Shown: positions 39,943-51,019, counted from the stretch's first letter. The stretch: DNA of 64,000 nucleotides from Candidatus Hadarchaeota archaeon (GCA_964399085.1 CAYNPN010000005.1:5328-69327), one strand, 5' to 3'. Notes: generated by a model not told the origin, from the letters alone. A program made the numbers and translations.

Positions 39943-42201
39943 TTATTTGCCGAATTTCTGCTCCTTAAATTTCTCCACTATTTTTTCGATTAAATCCCTT
40001 CTCACGAACCCGTAACTGAAAAGAGGTAATTTTTTCAGCGGCAAATTCTTCATCCAGTAATCCAAATCATCTACCATTTCCATGAAATCCCGTGATATCT
40101 GTTCCTCGATGACTTCTCTACCGACATCGCTCTCCAGCCATCTATTCAGGGAGTCATTCTCGTCCAGGGATATTTCTCTTTCTCTCGTAGACTCCAGCCG
40201 GACGGTTTCCTCTAGGTGGATGTCCCGAGAAGAACTCCCGATCAATATTTCGTAATCACCAGTATCGACGACCCTGTCCCCTTCCTCCGGGTCGTAGTAT
40301 GCGAAATCCCTATTCCCGAGGGTGAATGTCACGGTCTCGCTCCCTCCAGGCGGCAACCCTACCTTTTTAAAACCTCTCAACTCCTTATCCGGGCGCGTCA
40401 ATTTTGGATCTCTAGCTCTGACATAGAGTTGAACAACTTCCTTCCCTCCGACATCGCCGATATTCTTGACCTTCACTGAAACCTTCAACTCTTCCCTATC
40501 CTTCATGATCTCCTTATCTAGCTCAATCTCCCGATACTCAAATTCGGTATAGGAAAGGCCAAACCCGAAAGGAAATTGCGGCTCAATCCCCTTCTCATCA
40601 TAGTATCTGTAGCCGATAAACAGGCCCTCGCTATATCTGACTTCCCCTCTCTCGCCCGGGAAATTTAGATAGGAAGGATTGTCCGACAGTTTCTGTGGGA
40701 AGGTCTCCTGGAGCCTCCCGGAAGGGTTTACCTCACCAAAGAGAACGTCGACTATTGCTCCTGCACCGGCCTGACCGGGCAACCAAGCCTCTAAGAGGGC
40801 CGAAACATCGTCCACCCAAGAGGAGATATCTACGGCGGAGCCGTTGTTCAGAACCACGACAATATCCGACTGAACCTCGGAAACCTTCTCGACCAATTTA
40901 ATCTGATTCTCCGGCAACTTCATATGAGGACGATCGAATCCCTCCGACTCAATCTCCCTCGACACGGAGAGGAACAAGATGGCCACATCGGTGCTTTCCG
41001 CTATTTCCGAGGCCTCTTCAATCGGCTTCTCGTCCGCTCCATTCTCTGTGGAGTAACCCTCGGCAAATTTGACCTCTATATCGTCGGTCCAACTCTCGAT
41101 CTCCTCCAGGGGGACATCGACCCTGGAAGCATTTACCTCCGAACTTCCACCGCCCTGAAATATCGGTTTCTCGGCGGTCCTGCCGATGACCGAAACCGAA
41201 TCGAGTTCCTCCCTATCCAACGGCAGGATATCGTTCTCGTTCATCAGCAGGACAATTCCCTCCGAGGCGACCTTTCGGGCCAGAGAGTGATGTCCCTCGG
41301 CGTCAACTGCTATCTCACGATTCTCCAGTTCCTTGGCCATGAAAACTATCTTCAGAATCTTGGCGAGGGCCTCGTCCAGAACTTCCTCGTCCAGCTCTCC
41401 CGACTCGACAGCCTCGATTATATCGTTCTCGTTGTCCGGGGAAGGCCCGGGCATCTCGAGGTCGAGGCCGGCCTTCAGCCCCTTCACCCTGTCATTCACC
41501 GCGCCCCAGTCGGACACGACAAATCCATCGAATCTCCACTCGTCCCTAAGGATATCGCTCAACAGGCGGGGATTTTCCGAACAATAAGTGCCGTTGACCT
41601 TGTTATAGGTGCACATCACGGTCCACGGTTCGGCCCTTCTGACCACGCGCTCGAAGGCCGGCAGGTAAATCTCCCGAAGCGGTCTCTCATCGACCTCGGC
41701 GCTAATCGTCATCCTATCGGTCTCCTGATTATTGCAGGTGAAATGTTTGAGGGAGGTTCCGACTCCCTGACTCTGGACGCCCTTCACGAAGGCGGTTCCC
41801 ATCTCTCCCGCCAAAAAGGGATCTTCGGAATAATACTCGAAATTTCGGCCGCAGAGTGGGGACCTCTTAATGTTTATTCCGGGAGCAAGCAGGATATGGA
41901 TTCCCAGATTTTGGCACTCCTTTCCGAGCGCCCGGCCCACTTTTTGTATCAATTTCCTGTTCCAAGTAGATGCCATCATCGAGGCGGTGGGGAAGCACGT
42001 GGTTATCCCGTCCTCCTCTGACCGGGGTAAACTCGAACTAACCCCATGTGGACCATCCGAGAGGATGATTTCGGGGATGTCGAGCCTATCCAAGGACTCC
42101 GTCTTCGCCCAATCGGCCCCCGAAAAGAGGGAGGCTTTCTCCTCCAAAATCATGCGGTCTATTAATTGCCTAACATCCTCGGGCATATAGGAATCCCTCA
42201 A
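39943..42201 (-). CDS. Glycoside hydrolase family 3 beta-glucosidase
   Basis: SDGPHGV, KHFTCNNQE and GFVVSDWGA (nucleophile Asp) are present, with a C-terminal Fn3-like domain. Confidence 0.9.
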   Translation of the reverse strand: MRDSYMPEDVRQLIDRMILEEKASLFSGADWAKTESLDRLDIPEIILSDGPHGVSSSLPRSEEDGITTCFPTASMMASTWNRKLIQKVGRALGKECQNLGIHILLAPGINIKRSPLCGRNFEYYSEDPFLAGEMGTAFVKGVQSQGVGTSLKHFTCNNQETDRMTISAEVDERPLREIYLPAFERVVRRAEPWTVMCTYNKVNGTYCSENPRLLSDILRDEWRFDGFVVSDWGAVNDRVKGLKAGLDLEMPGPSPDNENDIIEAVESGELDEEVLDEALAKILKIVFMAKELENREIAVDAEGHHSLARKVASEGIVLLMNENDILPLDREELDSVSVIGRTAEKPIFQGGGSSEVNASRVDVPLEEIESWTDDIEVKFAEGYSTENGADEKPIEEASEIAESTDVAILFLSVSREIESEGFDRPHMKLPENQIKLVEKVSEVQSDIVVVLNNGSAVDISSWVDDVSALLEAWLPGQAGAGAIVDVLFGEVNPSGRLQETFPQKLSDNPSYLNFPGERGEVRYSEGLFIGYRYYDEKGIEPQFPFGFGLSYTEFEYREIELDKEIMKDREELKVSVKVKNIGDVGGKEVVQLYVRARDPKLTRPDKELRGFKKVGLPPGGSETVTFTLGNRDFAYYDPEEGDRVVDTGDYEILIGSSSRDIHLEETVRLESTREREISLDENDSLNRWLESDVGREVIEEQISRDFMEMVDDLDYWMKNLPLKKLPLFSYGFVRRDLIEKIVEKFKEQKFGK

Positions 42202-42542
42202 AACTAGTATATATATTGTGTTTGTTTAACTTCTTAGAGCTTCTTGAATTTCCTCGTCGGGTTGTATCCCCTCAACCTCGAATCTGTCCGTCTTCCCTCG
42301 AAGGTGCGCCTAACACCCGTGTAGGTTATAGCTTGATGCCAAGTCCGAGCTGCAGTCACTGCACAAGATGATTACGTCTAATTCTCGCTCAACATCCATT
42401 CGAGAGCTTGATGTAAATACTAATTCTTTACGAAAATTGGCTTCCCTTAAATTCGAGCGAATAGACCGAAACCTTTAAAAATCAAGTTCCTTCTAGTGGT
42501 GAGGAAAAAGGAGGTTGACATGCCTTGAAAAAAGGTAATTTA

Positions 42543-43115
42543 ATGGCCCAAAAGATCAATTCCGGCATAAAAAAGAGGGGCGAGATGGAAGAAATAGCTG
42601 AATTCTCTCAGGAAGTAGAAAAAGTCCTGGAGGGTATCTGTAAGGACGAATCCGATGTCAGGTGCTTCAATTCGTGGAAGCCCGAGCCAAGTGACAAGGA
42701 AGATGACTTGAAAGAGAGAACGGCCGAAGAGGCCTCGATTCCCAAAACAAGCATCGAGGAAAGAAGTGAAGGGTTCGACGAAGATTTGGAAGAAGCCGAA
42801 GAGAACCTCGAAAAGTACAGGGAGGATTGCCCGGATTCGGAAACGGAAAACGATGGGGAACAAAACGAAATAGAAATTAAGGATGTTCTCGAAAAGCTCT
42901 TCTTGCCAATTACCTCCAAATCCCTTGAAATGCTCAGAAAGATTGAAAAATCCGTTTATTCAAACTTCATGCTCGAATTCAATCCGTATTACTTCAACGC
43001 AAAGAGATTCTCCGCCGCCCTCAGGAAAGATGGTGATGAGTTCGAGATGAAAATCCACACTCCTGAAAAGGATTACAGGAGAGCGCTGGAAGAAAGATTC
43101 GTGCTCGAGGATTAA
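42543..43115 (+). CDS. Hypothetical acidic protein
   Basis: The ORF has acidic composition like the neighbouring genes and no recognised motif. It lies immediately upstream of the PiT gene. An alternative TTG start is at 42525. Confidence 0.4.
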   Translation: MAQKINSGIKKRGEMEEIAEFSQEVEKVLEGICKDESDVRCFNSWKPEPSDKEDDLKERTAEEASIPKTSIEERSEGFDEDLEEAEENLEKYREDCPDSETENDGEQNEIEIKDVLEKLFLPITSKSLEMLRKIEKSVYSNFMLEFNPYYFNAKRFSAALRKDGDEFEMKIHTPEKDYRRALEERFVLED

Positions 43116-43121
43116 ACTCCC

Positions 43122-44066
43122 ATGGGCCCTATCCTGATAGTCGCCTTTCTCGGGGCCATATTCATGGCAATTTCCATAGGGGCCTCCAGTGTCTCGCCGG
43201 CCTTCGCCCCTGTGAACAGCAGTTCTTCTATAGGTTTGAGGCTGTCCCTCGTTGCAGGAATTTCCGCATTAATCGGGGCCGTCTTACAGGGAGGTAACGT
43301 GGCAAGTACCGTCGGGTCCGGAGTCCTTGTAGGTAATATTCAGTTAATTCAAGGGGCCACTATCTTAATCGTTGCCTCTTTGCTCGTAATCGTCAGCGTT
43401 CTGTTCGATTATCCGATGCCGACCGCCTTTACGGTAATTGGTGCCGTCCTCGGGAGTAGCCTAGCCTTCGGAAACGGCGTGATATGGTCCTCAACCTCAA
43501 TGATAGTCGCTTTCTGGTTTCTCACGCCGCTGGCGGCCGTCGCCTTGGGATACGTCTTGGCCCGTCTCATGAGGAAAACCCTCTCAAAAGAGGATTCGGA
43601 GGACATCATAAGCATCGTGCTTTTCCTAGCAGGTACTTACGTCGCCTACACAGCTGGGGCCGCCTCAGTAGGTCTGGCTGTCGGGCCACTGGAGAGCCTT
43701 GGCCAGCCCATGGTCTACCTTCTTCTCCTAGGTGGTGGGGCAATACTGGTGGGTGCCTGGATGTTCTCGCCCCGGATAATCCACGTCGTCTCCTATGATT
43801 ACTCGAACATCGGGCCCAGAAGATCGGCCTCCGCCCTATTGGCTTCGGGCCTAATCGCACAGGTCGGCATCCAGTTGGGGGTCCCGGTCTCTTTCAATCT
43901 AGCCATAATCGCCGGGGTCATAGGAAGTGGGTTGGTGGAGAGCGCTGAAAACAAAGATACCGAGAAGATCGGATTCACCGTCCTGGGATGGGTCTCCGCC
44001 TTCTTCCTAGCTGGTCTCCTAACATTTCTCTTGGGGTGGTTCTGGCAATGGGCGGGCATCGTATAG
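43122..44066 (+). CDS. PiT-family inorganic phosphate transporter
   Basis: It is polytopic. The N-terminal FMAISIGASSVSPAFAPV matches the PHO4/PiT signature GANDVAN-type region only loosely. Length and topology fit. Confidence 0.75.
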   Translation: MGPILIVAFLGAIFMAISIGASSVSPAFAPVNSSSSIGLRLSLVAGISALIGAVLQGGNVASTVGSGVLVGNIQLIQGATILIVASLLVIVSVLFDYPMPTAFTVIGAVLGSSLAFGNGVIWSSTSMIVAFWFLTPLAAVALGYVLARLMRKTLSKEDSEDIISIVLFLAGTYVAYTAGAASVGLAVGPLESLGQPMVYLLLLGGGAILVGAWMFSPRIIHVVSYDYSNIGPRRSASALLASGLIAQVGIQLGVPVSFNLAIIAGVIGSGLVESAENKDTEKIGFTVLGWVSAFFLAGLLTFLLGWFWQWAGIV

Positions 44067-44122
44067 TGGGTACTAGCCTTCTTTTCGCGACCTCATGTTA
44101 AACCGATATCCCTACAAACTTT

Positions 44123-45058
44123 TTGGCAAATCAGGAGAAAGGTAATTATCAAAGAGAAAGCTCCCTGGAGGAGAAAATCTTGGAGGTTAGAGAAATAGCG
44201 GCTCGGAACATGAAATACGTTTCCTATCTGGTAATAGGGGATAAGAACGCCCTTATCGACACCGGGATAAGCGGGCTGGGAACCTACATAATTAATAGGG
44301 CGAGCGATTATGTGGAAAAAATCGATTACCTGCTCCTCACTCACTCCCATTACGATCACTGCGGCTCCTCTCACTTCATTAAGGAAAAAATGCCGGAGAT
44401 AGAAATATGCGCCTCGGAGCATGCGGCCGAGATACTCCAGAAACCGAGCGCAATCGAGATGATCAAGAATTTGTGTAGGAAGGAAAGGGAGAAAGCCAAT
44501 TCATCTCCCTATTCGATCGCCGAGGAGGTACCCTTCAACGAAGCCGAACCCAATTTCGATGGACTGGAGGTAGATAGAGTTCTCAAGGAGGGAGATGGGA
44601 TCGATCTGGGCGGCTTAAAGCTGAAGACCTTGCATACCCCCGGACACACGAGAGGAAATATGAGTTTTTACTCGGAAGGACTTCGGACCATATTTTGCGG
44701 TGGGGTGGTGGAAGCGCCGTTAACTCCGTCCTTCCTATACGATTTCGACGAGCATATCAATTCCTTGGAGAAATTGGTTGAGCTGGAGGATAGAATAGAT
44801 GCCGAGAGGATTTCATTCGGACATTACGGCTCCATGAAAATTGGAAGTAAGGAAAACTACTTCCAACAACTGATTAATCATGCGGAGAAATATAGAGGCC
44901 TCATCTCTATGTTTCTGGAAAGGAACGATTACGATATAGACCAAACCGTAGAAGATATTATCGAATTATACTGGAAAAACTTCTTATCTCCCAGAGTGAA
45001 GGAAGCCGAAGAATACAACACGAGGGCGCAAGTCGAGGAAGTGGCAAATCAAGGATGA
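44123..45058 (+). CDS. MBL-fold metallo-hydrolase
   Basis: LLLTHSHYDHCG (HxHxDH) and HTPGHT are present. The start is probably TTG at 44123, with an alternative ATG at 44210. Confidence 0.8.
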   Translation: MANQEKGNYQRESSLEEKILEVREIAARNMKYVSYLVIGDKNALIDTGISGLGTYIINRASDYVEKIDYLLLTHSHYDHCGSSHFIKEKMPEIEICASEHAAEILQKPSAIEMIKNLCRKEREKANSSPYSIAEEVPFNEAEPNFDGLEVDRVLKEGDGIDLGGLKLKTLHTPGHTRGNMSFYSEGLRTIFCGGVVEAPLTPSFLYDFDEHINSLEKLVELEDRIDAERISFGHYGSMKIGSKENYFQQLINHAEKYRGLISMFLERNDYDIDQTVEDIIELYWKNFLSPRVKEAEEYNTRAQVEEVANQG

Positions 45059-45219
45059 CCTCCTTTCTTATCTAATCGTAAATTATGAAAAGTTCGGAGG
45101 CAAGAGAGACTAAACACAGTTTTACAAAAAACCAAGCATCGATGTAACCGTCTGAAATCCTTAGCTCTTGCCTAAAAGTTCAAACACCAACCCCTACATA
45201 AATTTCATCCGTTTATCAT

Positions 45220-46242
45220 CTACCATCTGTTATAGACCTCTTCGGCGAAACCCAATACGTCTTCTACTTCTATTTTTTCACCGTTATCGAGGACGAAAAA
45301 ACCGGAGTAATATCCAAAAATTTGATGTTGCACACTTTTCAGCAATATTAGATTAAATTCAGAATTTCGATCCAGTATAGGTGTGAACTCCATTTCGAAC
45401 CGATCATCACTGCTCGTGATTCTCCATGGTTTTAGATAATTATCTTCATCATGGTGAAAGGTAATCCTATCTAGTTTGTGAGCCTTGCCATCGTAGAAAA
45501 TGGCATTTTCACTGGCGAGGCTTCTATCGCTGAAGCCGTAACCTAGGTTCCATCCTATCAGTGTACCATCTATCTTCGTCGATGCTGATCCCCAGTACCA
45601 CGTGTTTTCGTAGGTCCAAACTCCTCGACCCCAATCCAACACTCCAAAGCTCGTGTCCTCTTCAAAACGGTAGGTATCTCCACCGATCTCGACCTTTCCC
45701 TTTGTGGGCATGCAATTAGTCTTCTGATTGTAATAGAACCGCTTGGGATTTTCTCTCCAATCCGAAACTATCACGATGGAGTCGTGGCTCTGATTTTGGC
45801 GGAGTTCAAGGTTCGCTTTCATTCCACTCCCGTCGTCGAATCCAGGATAGTCAAACTTGAGTTTCCTCTTTCCCGTTTCTTTGACGAATTCTAAATCAAT
45901 GCCCTTCTCATTTAGCTGGATGCTTCCCTTTTCGGAAGTTCGGGGGAGATCATAATTCCCACACGGGAGGAGTGTTATTTCCTCGTCTTGAACGTAGTTT
46001 TCCTCCCGAAAATCTAACCATACTGTATCTATCAGGCCGATGTATCCGAGGTCCGAGACTGTGAATGTTATCCCAAATTCGGGATTTAGAATTGCGTAGT
46101 AGTCCCATTCTTTTATTTCGAGGAAGCTTGCTGCAATATTTTCCCTATTGTAGGTAAGGAGCGGTTCTCGTGCCCAACCTTTCTGCGTTAATTTCCCGTC
46201 CTCATCCAAAAGGTTCGACTTATCAGTTATTTCTCTCTGCAA
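45220..46242 (-). CDS. DUF2804-like protein
   Basis: EIKEWDYYAI and overall beta-rich composition resemble DUF2804. Recognition is from memory only. Confidence 0.55.
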   Translation of the reverse strand: MQREITDKSNLLDEDGKLTQKGWAREPLLTYNRENIAASFLEIKEWDYYAILNPEFGITFTVSDLGYIGLIDTVWLDFREENYVQDEEITLLPCGNYDLPRTSEKGSIQLNEKGIDLEFVKETGKRKLKFDYPGFDDGSGMKANLELRQNQSHDSIVIVSDWRENPKRFYYNQKTNCMPTKGKVEIGGDTYRFEEDTSFGVLDWGRGVWTYENTWYWGSASTKIDGTLIGWNLGYGFSDRSLASENAIFYDGKAHKLDRITFHHDEDNYLKPWRITSSDDRFEMEFTPILDRNSEFNLILLKSVQHQIFGYYSGFFVLDNGEKIEVEDVLGFAEEVYNRW

Positions 46243-46441
46243 GTTTTAGCCAACCTAATTTTTCGATTACTTTCCTATTTTGTGTTCGGATGCACTCCCC
46301 GAAACATTAGAGTGAAAAATGCGGCTCTACAGTGAAAATTTGTGGATATCGTGAGTGGCTGAGTATCTATAACAAAGATTTAATAAAAAAATACTACTTT
46401 TATCTTCAAAAATCAAATTTAATGTAGGTAGGGTTTACCAG

Positions 46442-47230
46442 ATGAAAGAACTAGGAAAATTATTCGTAGAATTAAGTAATCCAAACAGACTAAACATATT
46501 AGAAGCTCTCAGCCAAAAAGACGCCAAACTTTCCCAACTCTCAAATGAACTCGATATCCCTACTCCCGAAGTTTCCAGAAATCTCAACCGGTTATCTGAC
46601 TCCGGACTTGTCAAAAAGGCCTCGGACGGAAGGTATAAAATCAGTTCAGTCGGGGATCTTATCGTGGAAATTTTCCCCTATTTCAATTTTATATTTAAAA
46701 ATAGAGAGACTATGAACAATCATTCGATTTCCCCTATTCCAAAAGATCTAATATTCAGAGGTCATCCGCTAGCGGAGTGTGAAATCAAAAGTGGATCAAT
46801 AGAAGGATTCAACCTCTCTACAGAAAGGTTTAGAAAGACGAAAAAATTCTGCTGGATTATGTCGAAGGAAACCATGGAGTCATTCATCTCCCCCCTGGGA
46901 AGAGTGCTTCAAAGAGAAGCGGAGATGAAAGTTATTCTTCCCGAAAAGGAGATTGAAAAAACGTTTGAAATAATGAAAGATCGTGGGGATGGAGAAACGA
47001 AACTCAAAGAATGGGCTGACTCCGTAGAGTCTAGGGCTCTCGAGAAAATTGAACAAACCATATTAGTAGACGAAAACTCGGCCGAGTTTAATTTACCGGA
47101 TGTAGAAGGAGAAATAGATTACTCACTTACATTTTACTCTGAGAAAGAATCGTTCAGGCAGTGGGTCTGTGACATATTTGAACATTTTTGGAACAAAGCT
47201 AGACCAGTAAATGCCTCAATCTATCTTTAA
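46442..47230 (+). CDS. ArsR-type winged-helix regulator with a FilR1/DUF1724-like C-terminal domain
   Basis: NPNRLNILEALSQKDAKLSQLSNELDIPTPEVSRNLNRLSDSGLVKK is followed by a ~170-aa domain, as in archaeal FilR1-like regulators. Confidence 0.7.
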   Translation: MKELGKLFVELSNPNRLNILEALSQKDAKLSQLSNELDIPTPEVSRNLNRLSDSGLVKKASDGRYKISSVGDLIVEIFPYFNFIFKNRETMNNHSISPIPKDLIFRGHPLAECEIKSGSIEGFNLSTERFRKTKKFCWIMSKETMESFISPLGRVLQREAEMKVILPEKEIEKTFEIMKDRGDGETKLKEWADSVESRALEKIEQTILVDENSAEFNLPDVEGEIDYSLTFYSEKESFRQWVCDIFEHFWNKARPVNASIYL

Positions 47231-47326
47231 ATGAGTTTAATTTTTGGATATGGATATAGTTTCTTTTAATTCATTCAGAGAATCTTTTTATAATCTTGAA
47301 AAGATATATCTCTTCAAAGTGTTAAG

Positions 47327-48559
47327 ATGAATCCTAAAATAACCGTCCTTGGCGGAGTAGGATCCGTCGGAAGTACTGCAGTAGAAGCGCTTGCATCCAG
47401 CGGTATTCCTTCCGAGATTATCATTGGAGATATAAATATTGACAAAGCGGATGAGTTGGCTGAAGATTTAAACGACGAAAAGATATCCGCTGTCAAAGTA
47501 GATGCAAACAAACCGGAGAGCATTAAAAATGCTATAGAAGGATCGGATGTTGTACTGAACTGCGTAGGACCCTTCTACGAATACGGTCCGAAAATATTGA
47601 GAGCGGTGATAGACTCGGGTATAGACTACGTAGATATATGCGATGATTTGGACGCTACGGAAGAGCTACTCGAAATGAATGAAAGAGCCGAGGAAGCAGA
47701 TATAACCGCTCTTATAGGGATGGGAAGTTCGCCAGGATTTGCGAATTTACTGGTCAAATACTGTGTCGAAGATTTGCTTGACGAAGTTGATTCTATCGAT
47801 ATTTATCACGCTCATGGAGGAGAGGAAACCGAAGGCCCTGCAGTGGTTAAACATCGAATCCATTCGATGTCTATCCCAATACCCGTCTACGATAATAGTG
47901 AGTTTAAGAGAGTCGATCTATTTAGCGAAGAAGGAAAAGCCTACGAAGAAACCGTGAATTTCCGAGATTTGGGAACTTATGATGTTTACCTGTATCCCCA
48001 CCCTGAGACCATAACTCTACCCGAACATTTTGAAGGAGTAGAAAGAGTCACGAACCTGGGATTAGTTCTCCCCCCGGAATACGCAAATTACATAAAATCG
48101 ATGGTCAAATTGGGACTTACAGATGAGGAACCAATAAATGTTCAGGGGAAAGAGATAGCTCCTTTGAATTTTGCAGTTGCGTCCATATTATCAAAAAGAG
48201 AGGAATTCATGAAGGAGGCGGGAATTGAAGGTCCGAGAGGTTGCCTTAGAATTGACATTGGAGGAAGGAGCGAAGAGGGCGAAGAGAGGACCTATGTATT
48301 TTCGATGTCTTCAACGAGTCAGGGAATGGGAAGCGGAACTGGTATTCCAGCTGCCGTTGGGGCCCTTCTCATGGGGAAGGGTAGTGTAACCGGTAAAGGT
48401 GCACTTCCCCCGGAGGCCTGCGTCAACCCTACTGATGCACTCGATATCGCCGGGGAAATAATGCAAACCGACCAGGGAGAGGGTCTACCGGTCCACGCGG
48501 AGGTAAAAGACGAAAACGGTGACACAATTAGAGAATTAGATATCGGAGATTTGTTTTAA
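47327..48559 (+). CDS. Saccharopine dehydrogenase-family NAD(P)-binding oxidoreductase
   Basis: The N-terminal Rossmann motif is ITVLGGVGSVGS. Length and the GMGSSPG segment are typical of the Sacchrp_dh family. Confidence 0.75.
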   Translation: MNPKITVLGGVGSVGSTAVEALASSGIPSEIIIGDINIDKADELAEDLNDEKISAVKVDANKPESIKNAIEGSDVVLNCVGPFYEYGPKILRAVIDSGIDYVDICDDLDATEELLEMNERAEEADITALIGMGSSPGFANLLVKYCVEDLLDEVDSIDIYHAHGGEETEGPAVVKHRIHSMSIPIPVYDNSEFKRVDLFSEEGKAYEETVNFRDLGTYDVYLYPHPETITLPEHFEGVERVTNLGLVLPPEYANYIKSMVKLGLTDEEPINVQGKEIAPLNFAVASILSKREEFMKEAGIEGPRGCLRIDIGGRSEEGEERTYVFSMSSTSQGMGSGTGIPAAVGALLMGKGSVTGKGALPPEACVNPTDALDIAGEIMQTDQGEGLPVHAEVKDENGDTIRELDIGDLF

Positions 48560-48656
48560 CCATTTATTCATCTCATCAAAAATTCCCACTATTTAAGGCG
48601 AAACCGGGACTAACCCTAGGATGGGCAAATGGAATTTATAAATGAGAAGGTTTTGT

Positions 48657-50225
48657 ATGTCTGAGGACTATATTCTCGCACATGATGTAGGTACCGGGAG
48701 TGACAAAGCAGCTATTTTAGATACAAGGGCAAACCTCATCGACCATCAAACCAGCGAATACGAAGTTTCACATCCCGAAAAAGGTTGCGCCCTGCAGGAC
48801 CCGGAAGAGTGCTGGTGGGAGGCCATTATAGAAACCACGGGGGGGTTATTGGAAGTAAATGAAGTTGAGCCCTCCGAAATCGAAGGGATTGTTTTCTCTG
48901 CCCAAATGTCCGGTACTTTGCCGGTAGATGAAGACGGTTCCCCTCTGCTCCCCTGCATGATCTGGCTTGATACCAGAGCTTCGGTACAAGCCGAAGAAAT
49001 GCTTAGCGGGGCGATAGAAATCGGAGGATACGATGTATTCACCCTGGCAGAGTTCGTATGGATCACCGGCGGAGCTCCCGGGCTCGCGGGGAAGGACCCA
49101 ATTTCTAAAATTTTGTGGATCCGGGAAAATGAACCCGAGGTATATGAGCAGACCCACAAGTTCTTGAACGTCAAAGATTTTCTAATTCACAAAAGCACCG
49201 GAAACTTTGTGACTAGCGAGGATGATGCAAACCTCACCTGGTTGATGGACATTAGAACCAAGGAATGGTCGGACGTTCTCTGTGAAAAATATGGAGTAAA
49301 TATGGATAAGTTGCCTAAAATTAAAGAATCTCCCGAAATAGCCGGTGAACTAACCCCTAAAGCAGCAAATGACCTCGGGCTCGAAACTGGAACCTCAGTC
49401 GTCGTGGGGAGTGGAGATGTAACATCCGCCGCAGTGGGTTCTGGAAGCGTTGGTGAAAAGGAAACTCACGGATACATAGGGACGAGCAGTTGGCTTGGAA
49501 GCCATACCTCCGACAGAAGAGGGGACCTGAGCCACTATATAGGGAGTATTTGTAGTGCCAATCCCCAAAAATATCTCTGCATTGCGGAGCAGGAAAACGC
49601 AGGCGGTTGTCTAGAATGGATAAAAAATCAGATGTACAAGAGGGAAATGATAAGGTACGAGGAAAAGGTGGAGGAAATATACCAGCTTTTTGATCGCATT
49701 GTGGAGGATGTCGAGCCCGGCTCAAAGGATTTGATTTTTACTCCCTGGATTTATGGCGAACGCGCTCCCTTAGACGATCATAGCGTGCGAGGGGGTTTCC
49801 ATAACTTAAGCCTCGACCATTCCAGAGAACATCTTCTCAGAGCCGTCTTTGAAGGCGTGGCTTTCAATTTGAAATGGGCCCTGAAATATCAAGAGGATTT
49901 AATCGGAAAAGTCGAGGGGATAAACTTTGTCGGGGGTGGAGCTAGCTCGGATGTCTGGTGTCAGATATTTGCGGATGTCCTGAACAGAAGAATCAACAAG
50001 GTTCAGAATCCCAGGGAAGCGGGAGTGAGAGGTGCTGCGATGATTGCCGCAGTCGGGCTGGGACATATCGAAAAGTTCGAAGATGTCAAAGAGCTCGTGG
50101 AAATAGAGAAAAGCTTCACTCCGAATTCCGAGAACCGGGAGATCTACGACGGATTGTTCGAGGAATTCAAGGAGATTTACTGGAATAACAAAGAGATGTA
50201 CGAGAGGTTGAATGAAATCCCTTAA
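48657..50225 (+). CDS. FGGY-family carbohydrate kinase
   Basis: ILAHDVGTGSDKAA (phosphate-1), a two-domain length of ~520 aa, and FVGGGASSDVWCQIFADVL are present. Confidence 0.85.
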   Translation: MSEDYILAHDVGTGSDKAAILDTRANLIDHQTSEYEVSHPEKGCALQDPEECWWEAIIETTGGLLEVNEVEPSEIEGIVFSAQMSGTLPVDEDGSPLLPCMIWLDTRASVQAEEMLSGAIEIGGYDVFTLAEFVWITGGAPGLAGKDPISKILWIRENEPEVYEQTHKFLNVKDFLIHKSTGNFVTSEDDANLTWLMDIRTKEWSDVLCEKYGVNMDKLPKIKESPEIAGELTPKAANDLGLETGTSVVVGSGDVTSAAVGSGSVGEKETHGYIGTSSWLGSHTSDRRGDLSHYIGSICSANPQKYLCIAEQENAGGCLEWIKNQMYKREMIRYEEKVEEIYQLFDRIVEDVEPGSKDLIFTPWIYGERAPLDDHSVRGGFHNLSLDHSREHLLRAVFEGVAFNLKWALKYQEDLIGKVEGINFVGGGASSDVWCQIFADVLNRRINKVQNPREAGVRGAAMIAAVGLGHIEKFEDVKELVEIEKSFTPNSENREIYDGLFEEFKEIYWNNKEMYERLNEIP

Positions 50226-50257
50226 AGATCGGAAGCTTATGGAGAGGTTTACTCAGG

Positions 50258-51019
50258 ATGGAAGTTGAAGTCTCAATCGGCGGCCCGGAAAAATTGGACG
50301 GAACTCTGGTATTGGTGGACGTCTATAAATCCAGCACTGCCATCACCGTAGCCCTAGAAAACGGTGGCAAATTTGTACTCCCCTTCGCAGATGAGGAGAA
50401 AGCCAGAGATGCGAGAAAAAATTGGGATGACGGGGAAGCTACCCTGGCAGGTGAAAAAATCGGGATGAAGATTGATGGCTTCGATATGAACATTTCTCCA
50501 AGAGAAATGAGTGAAGAAAATGTAGAAAACCAAGTGTTGATTTATAAGTCCGACAATCTAACGCGGATTATCGAAAAGTGCAAGGACGCCGAAGAGGTTC
50601 TCATCGGAGGTTTGATTAACGCAAAAGCAGTCGGCAAATACCTCAACGAAACCGAACCCGAAAGGGTGGAAATCATCGCCTGCGGGACCTATAACAAGGA
50701 TACGATCGGCGAATTTCTGGAAATACCCTGCGACTCGCACAATGAAGTCGGTATAGAGGATGTAATTGGCGCCGGATCGATTTGCAGTTATTTAGATGGC
50801 GATTACTTCTCCGATCTCGCGCTATTGGCTGTTTTAGCGTACGAAAATCAGGATTGGAAGGAGAAGGTCAAGGAGGGATGTGTGATTCGTGCCCTGCAGA
50901 AAGTAGGTGACGAGAAAGATATCCCTCTATGTCTCACGGAGAATAAAATCGATACAATTCCGACTCTGGATGGAGATCGGATCGTGAAAATGGTTCATAA
51001 AGGTGTTAAACGGAGGTGA
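50258..51019 (+). CDS. ComB (2-phosphosulfolactate phosphatase) family protein
   Basis: VDVYKSSTAI, GEKIGMKIDGFDMNISP, LIGGLINAKAV and IEDVIGAGSI follow the ComB family pattern. Confidence 0.7.
   Translation: MEVEVSIGGPEKLDGTLVLVDVYKSSTAITVALENGGKFVLPFADEEKARDARKNWDDGEATLAGEKIGMKIDGFDMNISPREMSEENVENQVLIYKSDNLTRIIEKCKDAEEVLIGGLINAKAVGKYLNETEPERVEIIACGTYNKDTIGEFLEIPCDSHNEVGIEDVIGAGSICSYLDGDYFSDLALLAVLAYENQDWKEKVKEGCVIRALQKVGDEKDIPLCLTENKIDTIPTLDGDRIVKMVHKGVKRR

Noticed and set aside
40924-42021. A 365-aa plus-strand ORF, and similar long ORFs at 54062-54721, 62012-62716, 20658-21200, 16199-16693, 26448-26993 and 10040-10546
   Set aside because: All lie antisense to genes with clear family signatures (GH3, peroxiredoxin, DNRLRE protein, aminotransferase, DapB, P-type ATPase, Nnr). 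Their translations are R/S/L/P-rich and basic, unlike the acidic proteome. They are shadow ORFs.
42226-42399. A 57-codon minus-strand ORF with an in-frame TAG at 42310-42312 as a possible pyrrolysine or read-through gene
   Set aside because: The translation is MDVERELDVIILCSDCSSDLASSYNLHGC-TAG-AHLRGKTDRFEVEGIQPDEEIQEALRS. TAG is used as an ordinary stop by many confident genes in this window, and no pyl genes or methylamine methyltransferases are visible. The ORF has no recognisable family. It is more likely a chance ORF or a decayed small gene.
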